Part shown: piece after piece, positions 1 to 18,000 of the stretch | Layout of the letters: every line of letters begins with the position of its first letter | Position numbering within the stretch: position 1 is the stretch's first letter | Assembly (NCBI GenBank): GCA_964016885.1 | Contig: OZ024745.1 | Coordinates: 71,300,001 to 71,364,000, forward strand | Direction: 5' to 3' | DNA: 64,000 bases | From: Eledone cirrhosa | Taxonomy: Eukaryota | The notes under the pieces: generated by a model | Seen by the model: the letters and a program-made list of their open reading frames with translations, nothing else | Databases searched by the model: none | Told to the model about the DNA's origin: nothing | Position numbers and translations under genes: made by a program

Positions 1-3000
1 TCATTACCATTAACACTGCTGTCATCACCATTAACACTACTGTCATCACCATTAACACTACTGTCATCACCATTTACACTACTGTCATCACCATTATCAC
101 TACTGTCATCACCATTAACACTACTGTCATCACCATTAACACTACTGTCATCACCATTAACACTACTGTCATCACCACTAACAGTACTGTCATCACCATT
201 TACACTACTGTCATCACCATTATCACTACTGTCATCACCATTAACACTGCTGTCATCACCATTAACACTACTGTCATCACCATTAACACTGCTGTCATCA
301 CCATTAACGCTAATGTCATCACCATTAACACTGCTGTCAACACCATTAACACTACTGTCATCACCATTAACACTACTGTCAACACCATTAACACTACTGT
401 CATCACCATTAACACTGCTGTCAACACCATTAACACTACTGTCATCACCATTAACACTACTGTCAACACCATTAACACTACTGTCATCACCATTAACACT
501 GCTCTCAACACCATTAACACTACTGTCATCACCATTAACACTACTGTCATCACCATTAACACTGCTGTCAACACCATTAACACTACTGTCATCACCAATA
601 ACACTACTGTCCTCACCATTAACAATACTGTCATCACCATTAACACTGCTGTCATCACTATTAACACTACTGTCATCACCATTAACACTACTGTCATCAC
701 CTTTAACACTACTGTCATCAGTATTAACACTACTGTCATCACCATTAACACTGCTGTCAACACCATTAACACTACTGTCATCACCATTAACACTACTGTC
801 ATCACCATTAACACTACTGTCAACACCATTAACACTACTGTCTTCACCATTAACACTGCTGTCAACACCATTAACACTGCTGTCAACACCATTAACACTA
901 CTGTCATCATCATTAACACTACTGTCATCACCATTAACACTACTGTCATCACCATTAACACTGATGTCAACACCATTAACACTACTGTCATCAGCATTAA
1001 CACTACTGTCATCACCATTAACACTGCTGTCATCACCATTAACACTACTGTCATCACCATTAACACTGCTGTCATCACCATTAACACTACTGTCATCACC
1101 ATTAACACTACTGTCAACACCATTAACACTGCTGTCATCACCATTAACACTACTGTCATCACCATTAACACTACTGTCATCACCATTAACACTACTGTCA
1201 TCACCATTAACACTGCTGTCATCACCATTAACACTACTGTCATCACCATTAACACTACTGTCAACACCATTAACACTGCTGTCATCACCATTAACACTAC
1301 TGTCATCACCATTAACACTACTGTCATCACCATTAACACTACTGTCATCACCATTAACACTACTGTCATCACCATTAACACTGCTGTCATCACCATTAAC
1401 ACTACTGTCATCACCATTAACACTACTGTCAACACCATTAACACTGCTGTCATCACCATTAACACTACTGTCATCACCATTAACACTGCTGTCATCACCA
1501 TTAACACTACTGTCATCACCATTAACACTGCTGTCATCAGCATTAACACTACTGTCATCACCATTAACACTACTGTCATCACCACTAACACTACTGTCAT
1601 CACCATTAACACTAGTGTCATCACCATTAACACTACTGTCATCACCATTAACACTAGTGTCATCACCATTAACACTACTGTCATCACCACTAACACTACT
1701 GTCATCACCACTAACACTACTGTCATCACCATTAACACTACTGTCATCACCATTAATACTACTGTCATCACCATTAACACTACTGTCATCACCACTAACA
1801 CTACTGTCATCACCATTAACACTAGTGTCATCACCATTAACACTACTGTCATCACCATTAACACTACTGTCATCACCATTAACACTACTGTCATCACCAT
1901 TAACACTACTGTCATCACCATTAACACTACTGTCATCACCACTAACACTACTGTCATCACCATTAACACTACTGTCATCACCATTAACACTACTGTCATC
2001 ACCATTAACACTACTGTCATCACCACTAACACTACTGTCATCACCATTATCACTACTGTCATCACCATTAACACTACTGTCATCACCATTAACACTGCTG
2101 TCATCACCACTAACACTACTGTCATCACCATTATCACTACTGTCATCACCATTAACACTACCGTCATCACCATTAACACTACTGTCATCACCATTAACAC
2201 TACTGTCATCACCATTAACACTACTGTCATCACCTTTAACACTACTGTCATCACCATTAACACTACTGTCATCACCATTAACACTGCTGTCAACACCATT
2301 AACACTACTGTCATCACCATTAACACTACTGTCATCACCATTAACACTACTGTCAACACCATTAACACTACTGTCTTCACCATTAACACTGCTGTCAACA
2401 CCATTAACACTGCTGCCATCACCATTAACACTGCTGTCATCACCATTAACACTACTGTCATCACCATTAACACTACTGTCATCACCATTAACACTACTGT
2501 CATCACCATTAACACTACTGTCATCACCATTAACACTACTGTCATCACCATTAACACTACTGTCATCACCATTAACACTACTGTCAACACCATTAACACT
2601 ACTGTCATCACCAATAACACTGCTGTCAACACCATTAACCCTGCTGTCATCACCATTAACACTGCTGTCATCACCATTAACACTACTGTCATCACCATTA
2701 ACACTACTCTCAACACCATTACCACTGCTGTCATCACCATTAACAATGCTGTCAACACCATTAACACTACTGTCATCACCATTAACACTACTGTCAACAC
2801 CATTAACACTACTGTCATCACCATTAACACTACTGTCATCACCATTAACACTACTGTCATCACCATTAACACTACTGTCATCACCATTAACACTACTGTC
2901 ATCACCATTAACACTGCTGTCATCACCATTAACACTACTGTCATCACCATTAACACTGCTGTCATCACCATTAACGCTACTGTCATCACCATTAACACTG

Positions 3001-6000
3001 CTGTCAACACCATTAACACTACTGTCATCACCATTAACACTACTGTCAACACCATTAACACTACTGTCATCACCATTAACACTGCTGTCAACACCATTAA
3101 CACTACTGTCATCACCATTAACACTACTGTCAACACCATTAACACTACTGTCATCACCATTAACACTGCTCTCAACACCATTAACACTACTGTCATCACC
3201 ATTAACACTACTGTCATCACCATTAACACTGCTGTCAACACCATTAACACTACTGTCATCACCAATAACACTACTGTCCTCACCATTAACAATACTGTCA
3301 TCACCATTAACACTGCTGTCATCACTATTAACACTACTGTCATCACCATTAACACTACTGTCATCACCTTTAACACTACTGTCATCACCATTAACACTAC
3401 TGTCATCACCATTAACACTGCTGTCAACACCATTAACACTACTGTCATCACCATTAACACTACTGTCATCACCATTAACACTACTGTCAACACCATTAAC
3501 ACTACTGTCTTCACCATTAACACTGCTGTCAACACCATTAACACTACTGTCATCATCATTAACACTACTGTCATCACCATTAACACTACTGTCATCACCA
3601 TTAACACTGATGTCAACACCATTAACACTACTGTCATCAGCATTAACACTACTGTCATCACCATTAACACTGCTGTCATCACCATTAACACTACTGCCAT
3701 CACCATTAACACTGCTGTCATCACCATTAACACTACTGTCATCACCATTAACACTACTGTCAACACCATTAACACTGCTGTCATCACCATTAACACTACT
3801 GTCATCACCATTAACACTACTGTCATCACCATTAACACTACTGTCATCACCATTAACACTGCTGTCATCACCATTAACACTACTGTCATCACCATTAACA
3901 CTACTGTCAACACCATTAACACTGCTGTCATCACCATTAACACTACTGTCATCACCATTAACACTACTGTCATCACCATTAACACTACTGTCATCACCAT
4001 TAACACTACTGTCATCACCATTAACACTGCTGTCATCACCATTAACACTACTGTCATCACCATTAACACTACTGTCAACACCATTAACACTGCTGTCATC
4101 ACCATTAACACTACTGTCATCACCATTAACACTGCTGTCATCACCATTAACACTACTGTCATCACCATTAACACTGCTGTCATCACCATTAACACTACTG
4201 TCATCACCATTAACACTACTGTCATCACCACTAACACTACTGTCATCACCATTAACACTAGTGTCATCACCATTAACACTACTGTCATCACCATTAACAC
4301 TACTGTCATCACCATTAACACTACTGTCATCACCACTAACACTACTGTCATCACCACTAACACTACTGTCATCACCATTAACACTACTGTCATCACCATT
4401 AATACTACTGTCATCACCATTAACACTACTGTCATCACCACTAACACTACTGTCATCACCATTAACACTAGTGTCATCACCATTAACACTACTGTCATCA
4501 CCATTAACACTACTGTCATCACCATTAACACTACTATCATCACCATTAACACTACTGTCATCACCATCAACACTACTGTCATCACCATTAACACTACTGT
4601 CATCACCATTAACACTACTGTCATCACCATTAACACTACTGTCATCACCATTAACACTACTGTCATCACCATTAACACTACTGTCATCACCATTAACACT
4701 AGTGTCATCACCATTAACACTACTGTCATCACCATTAACACTACTGTCATCACCATTAACACTACTATCATCACCATTAACACTACTGTCATCACCATTA
4801 ACACTACTGTCATCACCATTAACACTACTGTCATCACCATTAACACTACTGTCATCACCATTAACACTACTGTCATCACCATTAACACTACTGTCATCAC
4901 CATTAACACTACTGTCATCACCATTCTCACTACTGTCATCACCATTAAAACTACTGACATCACCATTAACACTACTGTCAACACCATTATCACTACTGTC
5001 ATCACCATTAACACTACTGACATCACCATTAACACTACTGTCATCACCATTAACACTACTGTCATCACCATTAACACTACTGTCATCACCATTAACACTA
5101 CTGTCATCACCATTAACACTACTGTCATCACCATTAACACTACTGTCATCACCATTAACACTACTGTCAACACCATTAACACTACTGTCATCACCATTAA
5201 CACTACTGTCACCACCATTAACACTACTGTCAACACCATTAACACTACTGTCATCACCATTAACACTACTGTCACCACCATTAGCACTACTGTCATCACC
5301 ATTAACACTACTGTCAACACCATTAACACTACTGTCATCACCATTAACACTACTGTCATCACCATTAACACTACTGTCATCACCATTAACACTACTGTCA
5401 ACACCGTTAACACTACTGTCATCACCATTAACACTACTGTCACCACCATTAGCACTACTGTCATCACCATTAACACTACTGTCAACACCATTAACACTGC
5501 TGTCACCACCATTAACACTACTGTCATCACCATTAACACTACTGTCACCACCATTAGCACTACTGTCATCACCATTAACACTACTGTCAACACCATTAAC
5601 ACTGCTGTCACCACCATTAACACTACTGTCATCACCATTAACACTACTGTCACCACCATTAACACTACTGTCATCACCATTAACACTACTGTCCATCACC
5701 ATTAACACTACTGTCATCACCATTAACACTACTGTCATCACCATTAACACTACTGTCATCACCATTAACACTACTGTCACCACCATTAACACTACTGTCA
5801 ACACCATTAACACTACTGTCATCACCATTAACACTACTGTCACCACCATTAGCACTACTGTCATCACCATTAACACTGCTGACATCACCATTATCACTAC
5901 TGTCATCATCATTAACACTACTGTCATCACCATTAACACTACTGTTATCACCATTAACACTGCTGTCATCACCATTAACACTACTGCCATCACCATTAAC

Positions 6001-9000
6001 ACTGCTGTCATCACCATTAACACTACTGTCATCACCATTAACACTACTGTCAACACCATTAACACTGCTGTCATCACCATTAACACTACTGTCATCACCA
6101 TTAACACTACTGTCATCACCATTAACACTACTGTCATCACCATTAACACTGCTGTCATCACCATTAACACTACTGTCATCACCATTAACACTACTGTCAA
6201 CACCATTAACACTGCTGTCATCACCATTAACACTACTGTCATCACCATTAACACTACTGTCATCACCATTAACACTACTGTCATCACCATTAACACTACT
6301 GTCATCACCATTAACACTGCTGTCATCACCATTAACACTACTGTCATCACCATTAACACTACTGTCAACACCATTAACACTGCTGTCATCACCATTAACA
6401 CTACTGTCATCACCATTAACACTGCTGTCATCACCATTAACACTACTGTCATCACCATTAACACTGCTGTCATCACCATTAACACTACTGTCATCACCAT
6501 TAACACTACTGTCATCACCACTAACACTACTGTCATCACCATTAACACTAGTGTCATCACCATTAACACTACTGTCATCACCATTAACACTACTGTCATC
6601 ACCATTAACACTACTGTCATCACCACTAACACTACTGTCATCACCACTAACACTACTGTCATCACCATTAACACTACTGTCATCACCATTAATACTACTG
6701 TCATCACCATTAACACTACTGTCATCACCACTAACACTACTGTCATCACCATTAACACTAGTGTCATCACCATTAACACTACTGTCATCACCATTAACAC
6801 TACTGTCATCACCATTAACACTACTATCATCACCATTAACACTACTGTCATCACCATCAACACTACTGTCATCACCATTAACACTACTGTCATCACCATT
6901 AACACTACTGTCATCACCATTAACACTACTGTCATCACCATTAACACTACTGTCATCACCATTAACACTACTGTCATCACCATTAACACTAGTGTCATCA
7001 CCATTAACACTACTGTCATCACCATTAACACTACTGTCATCACCATTAACACTAATATCATCACCATTAACACTACTGTCATCACCATTAACACTACTGT
7101 CATCACCATTAACACTACTGTCATCACCATTAACACTACTGTCATCACCATTAACACTACTGTCATCACCATTAACACTACTGTCATCACCATTAACACT
7201 ACTGTCATCACCATTCTCACTACTGTCATCACCATTAAAACTACTGACATCACCATTAACACTACTGTCAACACCATTATCACTACTGTCATCACCATTA
7301 ACACTACTGACATCACCATTAACACTACTGTCATCACCATTAACACTACTGTCATCACCATTAACACTACTGTCATCACCATTAACACTACTGTCATCAC
7401 CATTAACACTACTGTCATCACCATTAACACTACTGTCATCACCATTAACACTACTGTCAACACCATTAACACTACTGTCATCACCATTAACACTACTGTC
7501 ACCACCATTAACACTACTGTCAACACCATTAACACTACTGTCATCACCATTAACACTACTGTCACCACCATTAGCACTACTGTCATCACCATTAACACTA
7601 CTGTCAACACCATTAACACTACTGTCATCACCATTAACACTACTGTCATCACCATTAACACTACTGTCATCACCATTAACACTACTGTCAACACCGTTAA
7701 CACTACTGTCATCACCATTAACACTACTGTCACCACCATTAGCACTACTGTCATCACCATTAACACTACTGTCAACACCATTAACACTGCTGTCACCACC
7801 ATTAACACTACTGTCATCACCATTAACACTACTGTCACCACCATTAGCACTACTGTCATCACCATTAACACTACTGTCAACACCATTAACACTGCTGTCA
7901 CCACCATTAACACTACTGTCATCACCATTAACACTACTGTCACCACCATTAACACTACTGTCATCACCATTAACACTACTGTCCATCACCATTAACACTA
8001 CTGTCATCACCATTAACACTACTGTCATCACCATTAACACTGCTGTCATCACCATTAACACTACTGTCATCACCATTAACACTACTGTCATCACCATTAA
8101 CACTACTGTCACCACCATTAACACTACTGTCAACACCATTAACACTACTGTCATCACCATTAACACTACTGTCACCACCATTAGCACTACTGTCATCACC
8201 ATTAACACTGCTGACATCACCATTATCACTACTGTCATCATCATTAACACTACTGTCAGCACCATTAGCACTACTGTCATCACCATTAACACTACTGTCA
8301 TCACCATTAACACTGCTGTCATCACCATTAACACTACTGTCATCACCATTAACACTACTGTCATCACCATTAACACTACTGTCATCACCATTAACACTAC
8401 TGTCATCACCATTAACACTATTGTCATCACCACTAACACTACTGTCATCACCATTAACACTGCTGTCATCACCAATAACACGACGGTCATCACCATTAAC
8501 ACTACTGTCATCACCATTAACACTACTGTCATCACCATTAACACTACTGTCATCACCATTAACACTACTGTCATCACCATTGACACTACTGTCAACACCA
8601 TTAACACTACTGTCATCACCATTAACACTACTGTCACCACCATTAGCACTACTGTCATCACCATTAACACTACTGTCTTCACCATTAACACTACTGTCAT
8701 CACCATTAACACTACTGTCAACACCATTAACACTAATGTCATCACCATTAACACTGCTGTCATCACCATTAACACTACTGTCATCACCATTTACACTACT
8801 GTCAACACCATTAACACTACTGTCATCACCATTAACACTAATGTCATCACCATTAACACTGCTGTCATCACCATTAACACTACTGTCATCACCATTTACA
8901 CTACTGTCAACACCATTAACACTACTGTCTTCACCATTAACACTGCTGTCAACACCATTAACACTGCTGCCATCACCATTAACACTGCTGTCATCACCAT

Positions 9001-12000
9001 TAACACTACTGTCATCACCATTAACACTACTGTCATCACCATTAACACTACTGTCATCACCATTAACACTACTGTCATCACCATTAACACTACTGTCATC
9101 ACCATTAACACTACTGTCATCACCATTAACACTACTGTCAACACCATTAACACTACTGTCATCACCAATAACACTGCTGTCAACACCATTAACCCTGCTG
9201 TCATCACCATTAACACTGCTGTCATCACCATTAACACTACTGTCATCACCATTAACACTACTCTCAACACCATTACCACTGCTGTCATCACCATTAACAA
9301 TGCTGTCAACACCATTAACACTACTGTCATCACCATTAACACTACTGTCAACACCATTAACACTACTGTCATCACCATTAACACTACTGTCATCACCATT
9401 AACACTACTGTCATCACCATTAACACTACTGTCATCACCATTAACACTACTGTCATCACCATTAACACTGCTGTCATCACCATTAACACTACTGTCATCA
9501 CCATTAACACTGCTGTCATCACCATTAACGCTACTGTCATCACCATTAACACTGCTGTCAACACCATTAACACTACTGTCATCACCATTAACACTACTGT
9601 CAACACCATTAACACTACTGTCATCACCATTAACACTGCTGTCAACACCATTAACACTACTGTCATCACCATTAACACTACTGTCAACACCATTAACACT
9701 ACTGTCATCACCATTAACACTGCTCTCAACACCATTAACACTACTGTCATCACCATTAACACTACTGTCATCACCATTAACACTGCTGTCAACACCATTA
9801 ACACTACTGTCATCACCAATAACACTACTGTCCTCACCATTAACAATACTGTCATCACCATTAACACTGCTGTCATCACTATTAACACTACTGTCATCAC
9901 CATTAACACTACTGTCATCACCTTTAACACTACTGTCATCACCATTAACACTACTGTCATCACCATTAACACTGCTGTCAACACCATTAACACTACTGTC
10001 ATCACCATTAACACTACTGTCATCACCATTAACACTACTGTCAACACCATTAACACTACTGTCTTCACCATTAACACTGCTGTCAACACCATTAACACTA
10101 CTGTCATCATCATTAACACTACTGTCATCACCATTAACACTACTGTCATCACCATTAACACTGATGTCAACACCATTAACACTACTGTCATCAGCATTAA
10201 CACTACTGTCATCACCATTAACACTGCTGTCATCACCATTAACACTACTGCCATCACCATTAACACTGCTGTCATCACCATTAACACTACTGTCATCACC
10301 ATTAACACTACTGTCAACACCATTAACACTGCTGTCATCACCATTAACACTACTGTCATCACCATTAACACTACTGTCATCACCATTAACACTACTGTCA
10401 TCACCATTAACACTGCTGTCATCACCATTAACACTACTGTCATCACCATTAACACTACTGTCAACACCATTAACACTGCTGTCATCACCATTAACACTAC
10501 TGTCATCACCATTAACACTACTGTCATCACCATTAACACTACTGTCATCACCATTAACACTACTGTCATCACCATTAACACTGCTGTCATCACCATTAAC
10601 ACTACTGTCATCACCATTAACACTACTGTCAACACCATTAACACTGCTGTCATCACCATTAACACTACTGTCATCACCATTAACACTGCTGTCATCACCA
10701 TTAACACTACTGTCATCACCATTAACACTGCTGTCATCACCATTAACACTACTGTCATCACCATTAACACTACTGTCATCACCACTAACACTACTGTCAT
10801 CACCATTAACACTAGTGTCATCACCATTAACACTACTGTCATCACCATTAACACTACTGTCATCACCATTAACACTACTGTCATCACCACTAACACTACT
10901 GTCATCACCACTAACACTACTGTCATCACCATTAACACTACTGTCATCACCATTAATACTACTGTCATCACCATTAACACTACTGTCATCACCACTAACA
11001 CTACTGTCATCACCATTAACACTAGTGTCATCACCATTAACACTACTGTCATCACCATTAACACTACTGTCATCACCATTAACACTACTATCATCACCAT
11101 TAACACTACTGTCATCACCATCAACACTACTGTCATCACCATTAACACTACTGTCATCACCATTAACACTACTGTCATCACCATTAACACTACTGTCATC
11201 ACCATTAACACTACTGTCATCACCATTAACACTACTGTCATCACCATTAACACTAGTGTCATCACCATTAACACTACTGTCATCACCATTAACACTACTG
11301 TCATCACCATTAACACTACTATCATCACCATTAACACTACTGTCATCACCATTAACACTACTGTCATCACCATTAACACTACTGTCATCACCATTAACAC
11401 TACTGTCATCACCATTAACACTACTGTCATCACCATTAACACTACTGTCATCACCATTAACACTACTGTCATCACCATTCTCACTACTGTCATCACCATT
11501 AAAACTACTGACATCACCATTAACACTACTGTCAACACCATTATCACTACTGTCATCACCATTAACACTACTGACATCACCATTAACACTACTGTCATCA
11601 CCATTAACACTACTGTCATCACCATTAACACTACTGTCATCACCATTAACACTACTGTCATCACCATTAACACTACTGTCATCACCATTAACACTACTGT
11701 CATCACCATTAACACTACTGTCAACACCATTAACACTACTGTCATCACCATTAACACTACTGTCACCACCATTAACACTACTGTCAACACCATTAACACT
11801 ACTGTCATCACCATTAACACTACTGTCACCACCATTAGCACTACTGTCATCACCATTAACACTACTGTCAACACCATTAACACTACTGTCATCACCATTA
11901 ACACTACTGTCATCACCATTAACACTACTGTCATCACCATTAACACTACTGTCAACACCGTTAACACTACTGTCATCACCATTAACACTACTGTCACCAC

Positions 12001-15000
12001 CATTAGCACTACTGTCATCACCATTAACACTACTGTCAACACCATTAACACTGCTGTCACCACCATTAACACTACTGTCATCACCATTAACACTACTGTC
12101 ACCACCATTAGCACTACTGTCATCACCATTAACACTACTGTCAACACCATTAACACTGCTGTCACCACCATTAACACTACTGTCATCACCATTAACACTA
12201 CTGTCACCACCATTAACACTACTGTCATCACCATTAACACTACTGTCCATCACCATTAACACTACTGTCATCACCATTAACACTACTGTCATCACCATTA
12301 ACACTACTGTCATCACCATTAACACTACTGTCACCACCATTAACACTACTGTCAACACCATTAACACTACTGTCATCACCATTAACACTACTGTCACCAC
12401 CATTAGCACTACTGTCATCACCATTAACACTGCTGACATCACCATTATCACTACTGTCATCATCATTAACACTACTGTCATCACCATTAACACTACTGTC
12501 ATCACCATTAACACTGCTGTCATCACCATTAACACTACTTCCATCACCATTAACACTGCTGTCATCACCATTAACACTACTGTCATCACCATTAACACTA
12601 CTGTCAACACCATTAACACTGCTGTCATCACCATTAACACTACTGTCATCACCATTAACACTACTGTCATCACCATTAACACTACTGTCATCACCATTAA
12701 CACTGCTGTCATCACCATTAACACTACTGTCATCACCATTAACACTACTGTCAACACCATTAACACTGCTGTCATCACCATTAACACTACTGTCATCACC
12801 ATTAACACTACTGTCATCACCATTAACACTACTGTCATCACCATTAACACTACTGTCATCACCATTAACACTGCTGTCATCACCATTAACACTACTGTCA
12901 TCACCATTAACACTACTGTCAACACCATTAACACTGCTGTCATCACCATTAACACTACTGTCATCACCATTAACACTGCTGTCATCACCATTAACACTAC
13001 TGTCATCACCATTAACACTGCTGTCATCACCATTAACACTACTGTCATCACCATTAACACTACTGTCATCACCACTAACACTACTGTCATCACCATTAAC
13101 ACTAGTGTCATCACCATTAACACTACTGTCATCACCATTAACACTACTGTCATCACCATTAACACTACTGTCATCACCACTAACACTACTGTCATCACCA
13201 CTAACACTACTGTCATCACCATTAACACTACTGTCATCACCATTAATACTACTGTCATCACCATTAACACTACTGTCATCACCACTAACACTACTGTCAT
13301 CACCATTAACACTAGTGTCATCACCATTAACACTACTGTCATCACCATTAACACTACTGTCATCACCATTAACACTACTATCATCACCATTAACACTACT
13401 GTCATCACCATCAACACTACTGTCATCACCATTAACACTACTGTCATCACCATTAACACTACTGTCATCACCATTAACACTACTGTCATCACCATTAACA
13501 CTACTGTCATCACCATTAACACTACTGTCATCACCATTAACACTAGTGTCATCACCATTAACACTACTGTCATCACCATTAACACTACTGTCATCACCAT
13601 TAACACTACTATCATCACCATTAACACTACTGTCATCACCATTAACACTACTGTCATCACCATTAACACTACTGTCATCACCATTAACACTACTGTCATC
13701 ACCATTAACACTACTGTCATCACCATTAACACTACTGTCATCACCATTAACACTACTGTCATCACCATTCTCACTACTGTCATCACCATTAAAACTACTG
13801 ACATCACCATTAACACTACTGTCAACACCATTATCACTACTGTCATCACCATTAACACTACTGACATCACCATTAACACTACTGTCATCACCATTAACAC
13901 TACTGTCATCACCATTAACACTACTGTCATCACCATTAACACTACTGTCATCACCATTAACACTACTGTCATCACCATTAACACTACTGTCATCACCATT
14001 AACACTACTGTCAACACCATTAACACTACTGTCATCACCATTAACACTACTGTCACCACCATTAACACTACTGTCAACACCATTAACACTACTGTCATCA
14101 CCATTAACACTACTGTCACCACCATTAGCACTACTGTCATCACCATTAACACTACTGTCAACACCATTAACACTACTGTCATCACCATTAACACTACTGT
14201 CATCACCATTAACACTACTGTCATCACCATTAACACTACTGTCAACACCGTTAACACTACTGTCATCACCATTAACACTACTGTCACCACCATTAGCACT
14301 ACTGTCATCACCATTAACACTACTGTCAACACCATTAACACTGCTGTCACCACCATTAACACTACTGTCATCACCATTAACACTACTGTCACCACCATTA
14401 GCACTACTGTCATCACCATTAACACTACTGTCAACACCATTAACACTGCTGTCACCACCATTAACACTACTGTCATCACCATTAACACTACTGTCACCAC
14501 CATTAACACTACTGTCATCACCATTAACACTACTGTCCATCACCATTAACACTACTGTCATCACCATTAACACTACTGTCATCACCATTAACACTGCTGT
14601 CATCACCATTAACACTACTGTCATCACCATTAACACTACTGTCATCACCATTAACACTACTGTCACCACCATTAACACTACTGTCAACACCATTAACACT
14701 ACTGTCATCACCATTAACACTACTGTCACCACCATTAGCACTACTGTCATCACCATTAACACTGCTGACATCACCATTATCACTACTGTCATCATCATTA
14801 ACACTACTGTCAGCACCATTAGCACTACTGTCATCACCATTAACACTACTGTCATCACCATTAACACTGCTGTCATCACCATTAACACTACTGTCATCAC
14901 CATTAACACTACTGTCATCACCATTAACACTACTGTCATCACCATTAACACTACTGTCATCACCATTAACACTATTGTCATCACCACTAACACTACTGTC

Positions 15001-18000
15001 ATCACCATTAACACTGCTGTCATCACCAATAACACGACGGTCATCACCATTAACACTACTGTCATCACCATTAACACTACTGTCATCACCATTAACACTA
15101 CTGTCATCACCATTAACACTACTGTCATCACCATTGACACTACTGTCAACACCATTAACACTACTGTCATCACCATTAACACTACTGTCACCACCATTAG
15201 CACTACTGTCATCACCATTAACACTACTGTCTTCACCATTAACACTACTGTCATCACCATTAACACTACTGTCAACACCATTAACACTAATGTCATCACC
15301 ATTAACACTGCTGTCATCACCATTAACACTACTGTCATCACAATTTACACTACTGTCAACACCATTAACACTACTGTCATCACCATTAACACTAATGTCA
15401 TCACCATTAACACTGCTGTCATCACCATTAACACTACTGTCATCACCATTTACACTACTGTCAACACCATTAACACTACTGTCTTCACCATTAACACTAC
15501 TGTCAACACCATTAACACTAATGTCATCACCATTAACACTGCTGTCATCACCATTAACACTACTGTCATCACCATTTACACTACTGTCAACACCATTAAC
15601 ACTACTGTCTTCACCATTAACACTGCTGTCATCACCATTAACACTACTGTCATCACCATTAACACTACTGTCATCACCATTAACACTACTGTAAACACCA
15701 TTAACACTACTGTCATCACCATTAACACTGATGTCATCACCATTAACACTACTGTCATCACCATTAACACTACTGTCATCACCACTAACACTACTGTCAT
15801 CACCATTAACACTAGTGTCATCACCATTAACACTACTGTCATCACCATTAACACTACTGTCATCACCATTAACACTACTGTCATCACCACTAACACTACT
15901 GTCATCACCACTAACACTACTGTCATCACCATTAACACTACTGTCATCACCATTAATACTACTGTCATCACCATTAACACTACTGTCATCACCACTAACA
16001 CTACTGTCATCACCATTAACACTAGTGTCATCACCATTAACACTACTGTCATCACCATTAACACTACTGTCATCACCATTAACACTACTATCATCACCAT
16101 TAACACTACTGTCATCACCATTAACACTACTGTCATCACCATTAACACTACTGTCATCACCATTAACACTACTGTCATCACCATTAACACTACTGTCATC
16201 ACCATTAACACTACTGTCATCACCATTCTCACTACTGTCATCACCATTAAAACTACTGACATCACCATTAACACTACTGTCAACACCATTATCACTACTG
16301 TCATCACCATTAACACTACTGACATCACCATTAACACTACTGTCATCACCATTAACAGTACTGTTATCACCATTAACACTACTGTCATCACCATTAACAC
16401 TACTGTCATCACCATTAACACTACTGTCATCACCATTAACACTACTGTCATCACCATTAACACTACTGTCAACACCATTAACACTACTGTCATCACCATT
16501 AACACTACTGTCACCACCATTAACACTACTGTCAACACCATTAACACTACTGTCATCACCATTAACACTACTGTCACCACCATTAGCACTACTGTCATCA
16601 CCATTAACACTACTGTCAACACCATTAACACTACTGTCATCACCATTAACACTACTGTCATCACCATTAACACTACTGTCATCACCATTAACACTACTGT
16701 CAACACCGTTAACACTACTGTCATCACCATTAACACTACTGTCACCACCATTAGCACTACTGTCATCACCATTAACACTACTGTCAACACCATTAACACT
16801 GCTGTCACCACCATTAACACTACTGTCATCACCATTAACACTACTGTCACCACCATTAGCACTACTGTCATCACCATTAACACTACTGTCAACACCATTA
16901 ACACTGCTGTCACCACCATTAACACTACTGTCATCACCATTAACACTACTGTCACCACCATTAACACTACTGTCATCACCATTAACACTACTGTCCATCA
17001 CCATTAACACTACTGTCATCACCATTAACACTACTGTCATCACCATTAACACTGCTGTCATCACCATTAACACTACTGTCACCACCATTAACACTACTGT
17101 CAACACCATTAACACTACTGTCATCACCATTAACACTACTGTCACCACCATTAGCACTACTGTCATCACCATTAACACTGCTGACATCACCATTATCACT
17201 ACTGTCATCACCATTAACACTACTGTCAGCACCATTAGCACTACTGTCATCACCATTAACACTACTGTCATCACCATTAACACTACTGTCATCACCATTA
17301 ACACTACTGTCATCACCATTAACACTACTGTCATCACCATTAACACTACTGTCATCACCATTAACACTACTGTCATCACCATTAACACTATTGTCATCAC
17401 CACTAACACTACTGTCATCACCATTAACACTGCTGTCATCACCAATAACACGACGGTCATCACCATTAACACTACTGTCATCACCATTAACACTACTGTC
17501 ATCACCATTAACACTACTGTCATCACCATTAACACTACTGTCATCACCATTGACACTACTGTCAACACCATTAACACTACTGTCATCACCATTAACACTA
17601 CTGTCACCACCATTAGCACTACTGTCATCACCATTAACACTACTGTCTTCACCATTAACACTACTGTCATCACCATTAACACTACTGTCAACACCATTAA
17701 CACTAATGTCATCACCATTAACACTGCTGTCATCACCATTAACACTACTGTCATCACCATTTACACTACTGTCAACACCATTAACACTACTGTCATCACC
17801 ATTAACACTAATGTCATCACCATTAACACTGCTGTCATCACCATTAACACTACTGTCATCACCATTTACACTACTGTCAACACCATTAACACTACTGTCT
17901 TCACCATTAACACTACTGTCAACACCATTAACACTAATGTCATCACCATTAACACTGCTGTCATCACCATTAACACTACTGTCATCACCATTTACACTAC